Positions 17,988 to 27,482 of a stretch of DNA of 64,000 nt are shown one piece after another; positions within the stretch are counted from its first letter, which is position 1, and the number at the start of each line of letters is the position of its first letter. Under the pieces are notes generated by a model. The model did no database searches. It saw nothing but the letters and a program-made list of their open reading frames with translations, and was not told the origin of the DNA. The position numbers were made by a program, and so were the translations under genes. Source of the stretch: Bacteroidales bacterium (GTDB taxonomy: Bacteria > Bacteroidota > Bacteroidia > Bacteroidales > FEN-979); assembly GCA_016783905.1 (NCBI GenBank), contig JADHVQ010000001.1, positions 51,670 through 115,669 on the forward strand. The letters run 5' to 3'.

Positions 17988-20900
17988 TTACTGCCTGATC
18001 ATCCGGAAACGGTAGACGGCTGTTTCTCCATTGATCTGCAGCAGGTAAAGACCGGAGGGAATTCCGTTCAGGTTCACCCTGGTTTTGCCCTTGTGGTCTG
18101 ATGTGCGCATCAGGACCTCTCCTCTCAGATCCAGAACCTCAATCGAATAAGGATCCTCTTCAGGATTCATGCTTTCTATGACGACATATTCACCGGCAGG
18201 ATTTGGATAGATACGATAAGCCTGGTTTGGAGTGTGTTCCCCGATCCCGATGTGACAATCAATGAAGTTGATGAATGCAGTGTCCATGTTCACGCAACCA
18301 TCCTTTGTGACGTAGACCCATATCATGTAATCTCCGAGTCCCACACCGATGGTATCCACCACCACCACCGAGTCGGCAACTCCATTGGACCACAGGTAAG
18401 AGGAATTACCCGGACCCGCCCGAAGGATGATGAATTTATCCTCACAAACAGAAGTATCTTTGGGTTGGGGCAGGACAGATGGTCTGGGATAGACATGCAC
18501 CCTGACCGTGTCAGAGTTGGAACAACCGAATAAATCTGAATAATAGTAGGTGATCACATTCAGCCCGAGGTTGGCGCTATCAGGGTAAAAAAGATCGCCA
18601 ACCAATCCCGGTCCGGTGAGTATTCCTCCTTCCGGTTCAACGAACACCGTGGATGCAATATCATAGACGCAATAGGCAGGCCATAATCCGAAAATCCGGA
18701 CATCGGGTACCGGGCGGACAAAGATCTGTGTGGAAGCTGTAGCCGAGCAGCCGTATTCATTGCTGACAATCACGCTAAAGAGGGTAGAGTCCTGCGGAGC
18801 AACCCGGATGGAAGCGGTTGTATCCCCGGTACTCCAGAGGTAGTATAGTCCTCCTGAAGCGGTCAGGATTACCGAATCACCACGACAGATCGTGGTATTG
18901 GGTGTAAGGGAAGGTTGCGGAACCGGATACCTGACCACCAGAAGGCTATCGTGATGGATAGGGCCCTGGGGATTGATCGCTGTCACTTTATAGAGGGTGG
19001 TAACAGATGGATTGGCTGTTGGGTTGTAACTAGTTGAATCAGACAAAGTAGAGTCAAACGGGATGGAGGTCCACTGGATAAAGTCATTCTCCAGGGTATC
19101 GAGGAGAGTGATGGTAATCGGCAAACCCGGGCAGGCCCCTTCCAGGGGCACGGAGGTAAAACTTAACCGGCAACTGTCTCTCAATCCATCCGGGCTCATC
19201 GCCATCAGCCAGGCGGTATCGGAACCAATCCAGAACGACCGGGGCTTTAACGGCAGCATATGTTGGGATGTGAGATCTCTGAAACTCATGGTATCAGCAT
19301 CTTCCACCCACCAGGTGATGGTTGTTGGATCATATATGGTATCGATCACCAGCTGGTAAAGATCGATACGGTCAAATTGCTCATTCTGAATCACCGTCTG
19401 ATGAGGGTAGGCAGACCGGTACAGGAATCCGGCCGAACGGAACCCCATGCCACTGATTTTCAGGGTATCGGGCATCGTATCATTCCGGGTGATCAGTACG
19501 TTCATGAAGGAGACCGATCCGGGCACGGTCACCATTCCGGTGTGCCCGGTCCAGATCCCTGTATCGGCAGTAAAATCCAACTCCTGTACATTCCCGGTCT
19601 CCGGGAAGCTGAATCTGGCCCTTACCATGGAGGAGTCTGGTCCGATGTTTTTTGTCCAGATGGTAAAGAAGTTATCCCCCTTTTCAATCCCTCCAAGGTG
19701 GGTGATCTGGCAGAGGATTCCCTGTTCTGCAAGCATAAAACTACTGCCCCCACTTACAGGTACCCCGTCGGTGGTATCGTACTGACTGATGATCGAACTA
19801 TCCTGATTAAAGCCATCCGGGTAATTATCCCCGTCCAGGTCGACATCCAGCCGGGGAAAGACATCGATCACCCGGTATGGGATGCTGTCATACAGCCAGG
19901 TTTTCCATTGAGAATAGGTTCCAATCGGAATATCATTTATACTACACCAGTTCAGGAGGCTGTCGAGGCGCATCAGGTAATTGGTCCAGCCTCCCAGGGT
20001 ACCCTCCAGCGTGGTGATGTCAATGCTCAGATAATGCCTGGCTACAGCACTGGCGATACGGTGTTTATTCCATGCGAACGTATGGTTGGAGATGGAGACC
20101 ACATCATGTTGCATGCCAAACTGACGGATCCCATATGGATTGTATTCATTATAACAGAGGTACGATTTATTGATGTAGTTTGATCCCGCCTGGTACAGCA
20201 GTGAATCCCCGAGGTTGGCTTTGATCTGGTAACCGTCGAGCATGGGCATCTGGCCAGACGGGTGGATCCAGCTGACGGGACGGGGAATGTTGTGTTGTTC
20301 AAAAAGATCCAGTGAACGCTCACCCAGCAGGCGGATTGCCTCCGGTTGCATGAGCACGTTTACCTGTGTCAGTTTGTGGTATCGCAGGTTCAGCTGGTTC
20401 CCGAAATTGACCGGTTCTTCCCACAACGACTGCACATAGACGGTATCCGGATCAAGGGGATTAAACGCAGAGCGATTGTACCACAGGCACACCCTGTTTA
20501 TCGTATTCAGGTAGAGGGCAAAAAAGTACGGATTTCCGGTCAGGTCCCCAAACTCACCAGGATCATGGCTAATGACCATGTTCCCAAACACATTCACCAG
20601 TCCCTCATTGTGGGGATGCAATGTGTCCACAGCGCTGTAAGCAAGACTAACCCTGTTCACCGTCACATGGTGGACCCCTGGTTTTCCAATAAAAAGAGCC
20701 GTATCCGCCGGATTCAGCAGGTTAAAAAACTGGGTCTGGTGGGTGGGTGAGTTGTCCATCACCTCATATCCTTTCGCACTATAGGTGATCAGGGTATCAA
20801 CATAATTAGGAGCCAATGGGAAGATCCAGGAGGTCATTGCCATGCTGAATTTCTGATCGTACAGGGAGAAGAGTGAATCCAGCTGATGCAGCTTTGAAAG

Positions 20901-21056
20901 CACTGGATTGTTATCCACCCGGAACGTAATCCCCCCCTTTTTTGTAAGGAATGGTTGTGCTGTTACCTTTTCCGATACCGCAATAAAAAGGAGAACAACC
21001 AGCATTACAATGAGGTTCGGGATAGGGGGATGAGTTGATCGGTGTACCTGCTTCAT
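17988..21056 (-). CDS. large secreted protein with Ig-like repeat domains and type-A T9SS C-terminal sorting domain
   Basis: 1022 aa. Signal/anchor helix. Repeats such as CRGDSVILTASGGLYYLWSTGDTTASI. C-terminus YRIYPNPAGEYVVIES...GLYLLQINGETAVYRFRMIRQ. Confidence 0.75.
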   Translation of the reverse strand: MKQVHRSTHPPIPNLIVMLVVLLFIAVSEKVTAQPFLTKKGGITFRVDNNPVLSKLHQLDSLFSLYDQKFSMAMTSWIFPLAPNYVDTLITYSAKGYEVMDNSPTHQTQFFNLLNPADTALFIGKPGVHHVTVNRVSLAYSAVDTLHPHNEGLVNVFGNMVISHDPGEFGDLTGNPYFFALYLNTINRVCLWYNRSAFNPLDPDTVYVQSLWEEPVNFGNQLNLRYHKLTQVNVLMQPEAIRLLGERSLDLFEQHNIPRPVSWIHPSGQMPMLDGYQIKANLGDSLLYQAGSNYINKSYLCYNEYNPYGIRQFGMQHDVVSISNHTFAWNKHRIASAVARHYLSIDITTLEGTLGGWTNYLMRLDSLLNWCSINDIPIGTYSQWKTWLYDSIPYRVIDVFPRLDVDLDGDNYPDGFNQDSSIISQYDTTDGVPVSGGSSFMLAEQGILCQITHLGGIEKGDNFFTIWTKNIGPDSSMVRARFSFPETGNVQELDFTADTGIWTGHTGMVTVPGSVSFMNVLITRNDTMPDTLKISGMGFRSAGFLYRSAYPHQTVIQNEQFDRIDLYQLVIDTIYDPTTITWWVEDADTMSFRDLTSQHMLPLKPRSFWIGSDTAWLMAMSPDGLRDSCRLSFTSVPLEGACPGLPITITLLDTLENDFIQWTSIPFDSTLSDSTSYNPTANPSVTTLYKVTAINPQGPIHHDSLLVVRYPVPQPSLTPNTTICRGDSVILTASGGLYYLWSTGDTTASIRVAPQDSTLFSVIVSNEYGCSATASTQIFVRPVPDVRIFGLWPAYCVYDIASTVFVEPEGGILTGPGLVGDLFYPDSANLGLNVITYYYSDLFGCSNSDTVRVHVYPRPSVLPQPKDTSVCEDKFIILRAGPGNSSYLWSNGVADSVVVVDTIGVGLGDYMIWVYVTKDGCVNMDTAFINFIDCHIGIGEHTPNQAYRIYPNPAGEYVVIESMNPEEDPYSIEVLDLRGEVLMRTSDHKGKTRVNLNGIPSGLYLLQINGETAVYRFRMIRQ

Positions 21057-22006
21057 TTGATATAATCCTTCATAGAGGGTTTTACACTCTTCGGAACAAT
21101 TCTGTAACCCAGCGTAATCTCGTGGGTTCCGCTTGATTTTCCCATCATCGCTGTGGGCGAATATTCATAGGTATAGTTGAATTTCAGCCCCTTGGCTATC
21201 GTCAGTCCACCGGTGATACCAATTGTATTATTTTTCCTGTAGATCAAGCCAAACCAAACCATATCCTGGTAAATTGCCCGTACGGCCACATCAAATGACC
21301 AGGGAGTGTATTGCGTTTGACGATACAGGAATGTAAAGTGGGCTCCCCAGTCCCCTTTAGGCTGCAACAGGTATCCCAGGTAGACCATAAAATTGCGGTC
21401 AAGTGTAAGGACATGGGAGTAGATCTTGTCGCTATTGTAGAATGTTTTGTTGTTGAATAACAGGGGAAACGACACGCAGGCGTCAAGCGTTCTCCAGGAG
21501 TAAAGAAGACTGACTCCCATATTGAAATAGGATTCGGAGATGGAGCTTCTTCCGGCGAGAACAGGATCATCGGGATTAGCGAGTACCGCATTGGCCAGGT
21601 CCAGTACATTCTGGTAGTAGGAGCCATTGATACCAAAACTGAGCGTATGATCTGCTGCCAATTTCAGGTGATAAGCATAACTGAGGTTGATGGTCAGATT
21701 CTCGAGCGGGCCCGCAACATTATACATGATGTTCCCTCCCAAACCCATGTTCTTTGGAAGTGCTCCGGCCAGGTTAAGGGATCCGATAAAGGGATGGCCG
21801 GCGATGGAGGTCCATTCAATACGGCTGGTCAGAAAGACCTCAAAAGGAGACTCCTTCCCCACAAAGGCAGGAGAGATGCTCGATGGGGCAACGAGGTATT
21901 GGTCCATGATCGGGAACTGCTGGGAGTAGGCCGGTCCGGAGATAGAAATCAGCAGAATCAGAGCCGGTATTCCTGATTTAAACATCCTGATCATATCCGA
22001 TATCAA
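21053..22006 (-). CDS. PorP/SprF family type IX secretion system membrane protein
   Basis: 317 aa. Signal peptide, then QQFPIMDQYLVAPSSISPAFVGK (typical PorP/SprF N-terminus). Beta-barrel-like alternating pattern. Lies directly downstream of a type-B CTD gene. Confidence 0.8.
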   Translation of the reverse strand: MISDMIRMFKSGIPALILLISISGPAYSQQFPIMDQYLVAPSSISPAFVGKESPFEVFLTSRIEWTSIAGHPFIGSLNLAGALPKNMGLGGNIMYNVAGPLENLTINLSYAYHLKLAADHTLSFGINGSYYQNVLDLANAVLANPDDPVLAGRSSISESYFNMGVSLLYSWRTLDACVSFPLLFNNKTFYNSDKIYSHVLTLDRNFMVYLGYLLQPKGDWGAHFTFLYRQTQYTPWSFDVAVRAIYQDMVWFGLIYRKNNTIGITGGLTIAKGLKFNYTYEYSPTAMMGKSSGTHEITLGYRIVPKSVKPSMKDYIK

Positions 22007-22027
22007 CTGGTTGATTTCCGTTCCCTT

Positions 22028-23065
22028 CTATTTCACAATATTGATGGTCCCTTTCTGCAGATTTCCATCCTTGCAGCGAAGGAAATAATAATATGTATCG
22101 TTTGAAAGTGGTCTCCCGTTGTCGGTGCCGTCCCACTCGTTGTTATATGGAGAAGCCGAGAAAACCTTCTGCCCCCACCGGTTATATATCTCCACCTGGC
22201 AAGGTTCCAGCTCATCGAGGTTAAAGATCTCCCACCGGTCGTTAAAGCCATCCGCGTTGGGTGTGATCACCGTCATGATCCTGACAGTGTGATCTTCTAC
22301 AGCCGATATAGTAAAATATTTTTCACCATAGCAATCAGCCAGGTAACCCTGAACGAAATAGTGCCCTGATTCACGAATGATGATCGAGTTGGTTCGCTCA
22401 CCGGTACTCCAGAAGACGCTGTCATAGGATCCGACAATGGTAGCGATGACGCTGTCGCCCAGAGGGAAGACAGTATCACCGGAAAAAGTGATATCTACGA
22501 TGGGGGGATTCTGAATCGAGATGGTCGTTTTGGCAGAATCGATGCATCCGAACGATGTGACGACGGTCAGGCGCACCGTATACCCTCCTGCTGCACTGTA
22601 ATTGTGGGTTGGATTGGGTTGCAAACTCCCGGATGTTCCATCCCCGAAATCCCAGACGTACTGCAAAGCGACGTCCTCCTGGATGATCGACTCATTGAAA
22701 AAATGAACCGGCAGGTTCCAGCAGGAGTAATCCAGAGAAAATGCAACCTGCAGGGAGGCTACAGGCACTGGCTTATACACGGCATCCTGTCCCCCATTGA
22801 AGGAGATGACCTTTATCCCGATATTGTATGCACCAGCGGTAGGAAAAGCCACGAACACCGTATCCCCTACTTCATCATTGAACACCCCATCGCCGTTCAG
22901 ATCCCACACCACCTTGTAGATGCTGTCGTAAGGGGTGGAAGTATTGAACAGCATGGTTTCAGATCCCACACAAACCTTGGTAAACTTAAAGTCGGCCTTG
23001 AGAGCCAATAAAGAGATTGGCAGGAGCGTAAGTATAATGAGTATGACAATGGCGGTTTTCTTCAA
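22028..23065 (-). CDS. PKD-repeat protein with gliding-motility-associated (type-B) T9SS C-terminal domain
   Basis: VWDLNGDG / VWDFGDGT PKD cores. C-terminus ITPNADGFNDRWEIFNLDE..VEIYNRWGQKVF..WDGT..YYYFL...KGTINIVK. Confidence 0.8.
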   Translation of the reverse strand: MKKTAIVILIILTLLPISLLALKADFKFTKVCVGSETMLFNTSTPYDSIYKVVWDLNGDGVFNDEVGDTVFVAFPTAGAYNIGIKVISFNGGQDAVYKPVPVASLQVAFSLDYSCWNLPVHFFNESIIQEDVALQYVWDFGDGTSGSLQPNPTHNYSAAGGYTVRLTVVTSFGCIDSAKTTISIQNPPIVDITFSGDTVFPLGDSVIATIVGSYDSVFWSTGERTNSIIIRESGHYFVQGYLADCYGEKYFTISAVEDHTVRIMTVITPNADGFNDRWEIFNLDELEPCQVEIYNRWGQKVFSASPYNNEWDGTDNGRPLSNDTYYYFLRCKDGNLQKGTINIVK

Positions 23066-23080
23066 CGGCAGGCCTTTTTG

Positions 23081-24385
23081 TTATTCCACGTCGATTAATT
23101 CCACTTCAAACACAAGCGTACTGTATGGTTTGATCACACCCATATCCCGGTTATGGTAAGCAAGGGAGGAAGGGATGATCAGGGTAGCTTTTCCGCCTGC
23201 ATTCATCAGGGCGATTCCTTCGTCCCATCCCTTGATCACCTGTCCCTTTCCAAGGATAAAGGAGAAGGGGGCATCTCTGTCGACGGAGGAGTCAAACTTC
23301 GTTCCATCAAGTAAGGTACCCGTGTAATGGACGTTCACCCTCTTTCCGGGTTCAGCCCTGGCCCCGGTCCCTTTCTTGGTTTCGATATAGTACAAGCCGC
23401 TTGCCGTAGGTTTTACGGTGATGTTATTCTCCTTCAGGTAGGCGTTCAGTTTACCGGCCTCCTCCTGTTTTGTTAATCCTTGTTGCATCTCCAGTTGTTT
23501 TTTCTGATCTGCCTGCATCTTCTCAAACTCACTCTTGGTCATCACATCGACCACCTCAACATCATAAATGAGTGTGGAATAGGGCGGTATAATGGCTCCC
23601 CTGCCGGCTGCCCCAAAAGCGATCTCACTGGGGACAATGAACTTCGCTTTGCCCCCTTTTTTCATCATTCCGATCCCCTGGTCAAAGCCAGGTGTGTCGA
23701 AGGGCTTCCCGTAAGTCAGCTGCATAGTTTCTCCCCTTTCCAAGGAGGAGAATACCTGGGAACCATCTGTCAGGGAGAGGTTAAAGTGGAATGTAACCAT
23801 ATACCCGGAATCAATCTTCCTGCCACTGCCAGTCACCGATTCGATGAAGTATAGCCCTGATTCAAGCGGTTCAGTGGTAATCCCGTTTGCCTCCATGTAT
23901 TGGTTCAGTAACTCCTTTTCCTTCGACTGCAAGGCTTCCATCGACTCGGCTGAAAGAAGGGTAACATAAAACTTCACGAAAGAATTGCTGTCAATGAAAT
24001 CAGGCCGCTTCGGCGCTTTGAAGGTAATCGTGAAAAGGGAGTCGGCATTGATCAGGAATTCGGCACTATCGCCTGGGGAGAGCATGCGAATCCCTTCGTA
24101 GAGATCTCCGTCGAAATCAGAAGGCGGTAACTGGAAACGGATGGGTTGTCCTTCCATCCCTGTTTTGCTGTCAAACAATACCGAATCGTCTGCGGTGGTA
24201 TATTTCATATCCAGCGAAACAAAATCACCCGTCTTAGCCTTCACAGTATCTTCACTAACACTGTATACCTTGTAATATAATCCAGATTCTGTCTTGTCAA
24301 ATCCCGAAAATTTTGACGAACATGCAAACGAGGTCAAAGCAACCATCACCACAATGGAGAATGGATTGATCAGTAATTTTTTCAT
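23081..24385 (-). CDS. multi-domain FKBP-type peptidyl-prolyl cis-trans isomerase lipoprotein
   Basis: Lipobox LTSFAC. FKBP_C cores GFDQGIGMMKKGGKAKFIVPSEIAFG and VIKGWDEGIALMNAGGKATLIIPSSLAY. Ends STLVFEVELIDVE. Confidence 0.85.
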   Translation of the reverse strand: MKKLLINPFSIVVMVALTSFACSSKFSGFDKTESGLYYKVYSVSEDTVKAKTGDFVSLDMKYTTADDSVLFDSKTGMEGQPIRFQLPPSDFDGDLYEGIRMLSPGDSAEFLINADSLFTITFKAPKRPDFIDSNSFVKFYVTLLSAESMEALQSKEKELLNQYMEANGITTEPLESGLYFIESVTGSGRKIDSGYMVTFHFNLSLTDGSQVFSSLERGETMQLTYGKPFDTPGFDQGIGMMKKGGKAKFIVPSEIAFGAAGRGAIIPPYSTLIYDVEVVDVMTKSEFEKMQADQKKQLEMQQGLTKQEEAGKLNAYLKENNITVKPTASGLYYIETKKGTGARAEPGKRVNVHYTGTLLDGTKFDSSVDRDAPFSFILGKGQVIKGWDEGIALMNAGGKATLIIPSSLAYHNRDMGVIKPYSTLVFEVELIDVE

Positions 24386-24415
24386 AATCGATTCAATTTC
24401 AATACTTGTTTATAT

Positions 24416-25360
24416 TTATTTTACTTCTAAAACTTCAACTTCATAAATCAAAGGAGCAAAAGGTGGAATGTATCCTTCAACACCTTCTTCCCCGTATGCC
24501 AGAATGGACGGAACGACCAGGAGCGCTCGCCCACCCTGTTTCATATATGACAACCCCTCATTCCAGCCCACAATCATGAGGGTATCGCCTTGCAGGTACT
24601 GAAAAGGCTGATACCTCATTACCGAGTCAAATATATCATATTTCATAGCGATATCCTGTTTCGTCGTCTCAAAGATTTCACCATTTATGAACATTGCAGA
24701 ATAATCCACTTTCACTGTTTTTCCTGGCTCTACAGCAGGCCCATTGCCCCTTTCCAATTCAATATAATAAAGCCCTGATTCCGTTGGATTTATACGAATA
24801 TTGTTTTGTTCCAGGTAGGAACGGATATCATCCTCCTCCCGTTCCTTCAGTTCGGTCAACAATTGATCTACCCGATCCTTATAGGTCTCCTTTTCTTGCA
24901 GGAATTCTTTCCGGGGCAGGACATCAAGCAATTTCACATCCATGTATACCTTTGTGGTAGGACCAATAAACTCTGGAAACTCCTGAATTTCAAAATCGAG
25001 AAGAAAGAGGGAATCTCCATCAATGATGAAGGTGGCGCTATCTTCCACCGCCATAAGGAGAAATGCATCGTATATATCTCCGGGGAACCTGGGTTCCAGA
25101 ATCTCAAACTGGTAGGGTACCGTCAGATCCCTTGAACTGACAAAGAAGACGGTATCCATGGTCCTGAATACTACATTGGCAGTCACCTTGTCTCCGATCA
25201 GAACCCCTATTCCCGCCTTGTTCTGTTTATGAAATTTATAGGACAGGCCCTCCGGGGTTGTCAGGAATCCATCCTGATCGGATTGACATCCCCCTCCAGG
25301 GAAAAGTGAGAGGATCACAAGCAGGGTCAACAGCTTTTTAATTGTTCGGTTGTTGTTCAT
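24416..25360 (-). CDS. FKBP-type peptidyl-prolyl isomerase lipoprotein
   Basis: Lipobox FPGGGC. IVGWNEGLSYMKQGGRALLVVPSILAYG. Ends APLIYEVEVLEVK. Confidence 0.8.
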   Translation of the reverse strand: MNNNRTIKKLLTLLVILSLFPGGGCQSDQDGFLTTPEGLSYKFHKQNKAGIGVLIGDKVTANVVFRTMDTVFFVSSRDLTVPYQFEILEPRFPGDIYDAFLLMAVEDSATFIIDGDSLFLLDFEIQEFPEFIGPTTKVYMDVKLLDVLPRKEFLQEKETYKDRVDQLLTELKEREEDDIRSYLEQNNIRINPTESGLYYIELERGNGPAVEPGKTVKVDYSAMFINGEIFETTKQDIAMKYDIFDSVMRYQPFQYLQGDTLMIVGWNEGLSYMKQGGRALLVVPSILAYGEEGVEGYIPPFAPLIYEVEVLEVK

Positions 25361-25366
25361 AACAAT

Positions 25367-25921
25367 CTAGTTGATGGTTTTTAATTCGATAAGCTCTATA
25401 TCATACACCAGCGTAGCCCCCGGCGGGATCTTTCGCTGGTCTCCCAGTAATCCGTATGCCAGGTAAGAGGGTATGATAAACTTGGCCCGGTCCCCTTCCC
25501 GGAGTAAAAGCATGCCCTCCTCCAGTCCTGTTTCAACTCCTCCATGCCCAAGAATAAACGCTTTCTCTCCCAGCGAATCCGAAGAGTAGACCAATTTTCC
25601 GTTGAGCAACCTGACCGAATAATGGAAGCGGGCCCTCATCCCTGTTCCAGCCTGCCTGCCATTCCCTCTCCGGTAGATGAGGTACCGTAATCCGGTGGAG
25701 CTTTGCTTTACATCCCACCGGTACCTGGCCAGGAAATCTTCAATTTCCTGCTCCTCGGTCTTGATAATACCCCGGTTGTAGGCCATCAAATTTTCGTCGG
25801 TAAGCCGGATATGTGAGGTGGCTGTCACGGGACGTGGAGACTCTCTGCAGGAGCCGGAAAGTAACATGATAACAGAGAGTCCCACGAATATGAGTTCCCT
25901 GGCCTTTTTACGTATGATCAT
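25367..25921 (-). CDS. FKBP-type peptidyl-prolyl isomerase lipoprotein (GldI-sized)
   Basis: 184 aa. Lipobox LLSGSC. GLEEGMLLLREGDRAKFIIPSYLAYG. Ends ATLVYDIELIELK. Confidence 0.8.
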   Translation of the reverse strand: MIIRKKARELIFVGLSVIMLLSGSCRESPRPVTATSHIRLTDENLMAYNRGIIKTEEQEIEDFLARYRWDVKQSSTGLRYLIYRRGNGRQAGTGMRARFHYSVRLLNGKLVYSSDSLGEKAFILGHGGVETGLEEGMLLLREGDRAKFIIPSYLAYGLLGDQRKIPPGATLVYDIELIELKTIN

Positions 25922-25932
25922 CTCGAATAGAC

Positions 25933-26943
25933 CTATGATAAATCCTCCCGGTATTGAGGAAGCAGTTCCCGGAATTTTTGCACCGTCTCTTCCATAGAAA
26001 TATAACTGGTTGCTCCAGAAGCGTTTGCATGTCCTCCTCCATTGAAATGGTCGCGAGCGAACCGGTCCACAGAAAAGTTACCTTTCGACCGGAATGAAAT
26101 CCGGATGGAATGATCACGTTCGCTAAAGAGTGCGGCCAGGTTGATTCCTTCAATGGAGAGTGCATAATTGACCACCCCTTCTGTATCGCCTATCTGGTAT
26201 TGAAACCGCTCCAGGTCATCAGCAGAGAGGTAGATGTAAGCCGTATGGAACTCCGGTAATACAACCAGTTTGTCACTCAGGGAATATCCCAGCAAGCGCA
26301 GACGGTACTCTGAGTAAGTGCCGTATATCAACCGGTGAATATGCTCTCCGTCGATACCACACTTGAACAGGGCAGCCGTTACTTCATACGTCTTGACATA
26401 GTTGCAGGAGTAGCTGAACGATCCGGTATCGGTCACTATACCTGTATATAATGATTCGGCAATGGTTCTGTCAATCAACTTTTCATCACCCATCGCCCGG
26501 ATGAAGTCGAAAATCAGTTCACACGTGGAGGAGGTATCTACCACCGAAATCGCCATGTCATAATCGTTAGCCGGATAGAGGTGATGATCCAGAATGATTT
26601 TGATAGCTTTGGATTGCTGAACCGGCTCACAGGCATCCCGGAGCCTGTCGAGGCCGTTGTAATCGAGCGAGAAGATGACTGTAGCTTCCGCAATCGCACG
26701 GAGGCATTGCTCTTTCTCCCGGGAGAAGACAAGGATCTTCTCCGCCCCGGGCAACCAGGCCAGGAATGAGGGAAACGGGTCTGGAACCATCATAAATACA
26801 GTATGTCCTTTCCGGGAAAGGTACCAGAAAAAGGCGAGGGATGATCCAATCGCATCCCCGTCGGGATTGGTATGGGTGGTCAGCAGAATGGTCTGGGGTG
26901 AAGCCAGCAGTTCTAGTACCTTCGAAAAATCCGTATTTTCCAA
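25933..26943 (-). CDS. nrnA: DHH/DHHA1 phosphoesterase (NrnA-type oligoribonuclease/pAp phosphatase)
   Basis: HTNPDGDAIGSSLA, ILDHH and GGGHANASGA motifs. Only TTG is available as a start at 26943. Confidence 0.8.
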   Translation of the reverse strand: MENTDFSKVLELLASPQTILLTTHTNPDGDAIGSSLAFFWYLSRKGHTVFMMVPDPFPSFLAWLPGAEKILVFSREKEQCLRAIAEATVIFSLDYNGLDRLRDACEPVQQSKAIKIILDHHLYPANDYDMAISVVDTSSTCELIFDFIRAMGDEKLIDRTIAESLYTGIVTDTGSFSYSCNYVKTYEVTAALFKCGIDGEHIHRLIYGTYSEYRLRLLGYSLSDKLVVLPEFHTAYIYLSADDLERFQYQIGDTEGVVNYALSIEGINLAALFSERDHSIRISFRSKGNFSVDRFARDHFNGGGHANASGATSYISMEETVQKFRELLPQYREDLS

Positions 26944-26972
26944 GCGAATGATAATTGGTGAGTAGCAGGGTG

Positions 26973-26980
26973 CAAAATTA
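26973..26980 (-). promoter_or_regulatory. candidate -7 box (TAATTTTG) for nrnA
   Basis: Minus-strand TAATTTTG, about 30 nt upstream of the TTG start. Confidence 0.4.
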
Positions 26981-27000
26981 AGATAAATTAAAATTATCTG

Positions 27001-27008
27001 TAATTTTG
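27001..27008 (+). promoter_or_regulatory. candidate -7 box (TAATTTTG) for ndk
   Basis: Plus-strand TAATTTTG, 19 nt before ATG 27027. Forms a divergent pair with the nrnA box. Confidence 0.45.
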
Positions 27009-27026
27009 CGGCAAATCAACTAATCC

Positions 27027-27455
27027 ATGATTGGAAATAAGACATTTACGATGATAAAGCCCCTTGCCGTTGAACGGGGACATGCAGGGAAGATCCTCGA
27101 CAGGATCCTGGAAGAGGGGTACCTGATCATCTCCCTGAAGATGGTTCACCTCTGCAAACGGGAAGCTGAAGCCTTCTATATTGTTCATAAAGACCGGCCA
27201 TTTTTTGATACCCTTACCGATTACATGTCCTCCGGTCCTATTGTTGCGGCCATCCTGAAAAAAGAGAATGCCGTTTTGGACTACCGCACCCTGATAGGAG
27301 TTACCAATCCGGCGGAAGCGGCCGAAGGGACCATGCGCAAACAGTTTGGCACCGACCTCACCAGGAACGCTGTGCACGGATCTGACAGTGATGAAAATGC
27401 CGAAGTCGAATGTCGCTTTTTCTTCTCAGAAATGGAAAAGATGAAGTGGCAGTAA
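27027..27455 (+). CDS. ndk: nucleoside diphosphate kinase
   Basis: 142 aa. NKTFTMIKP.., and active-site His in NAVHGSDS. Confidence 0.95.
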   Translation: MIGNKTFTMIKPLAVERGHAGKILDRILEEGYLIISLKMVHLCKREAEAFYIVHKDRPFFDTLTDYMSSGPIVAAILKKENAVLDYRTLIGVTNPAEAAEGTMRKQFGTDLTRNAVHGSDSDENAEVECRFFFSEMEKMKWQ

Positions 27456-27460
27456 ACTAG

Positions 27461-27482
27461 TTGGCAGTGGGCAGTCAGCAGT
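27461..27482. repeat. heptamer array TNGGCAG x3 between convergent ndk and protease genes
   Basis: ttggcag tgggcag tcagcag. The 13-mer ttggcagtgggca recurs at 33085-33097. Confidence 0.8.
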
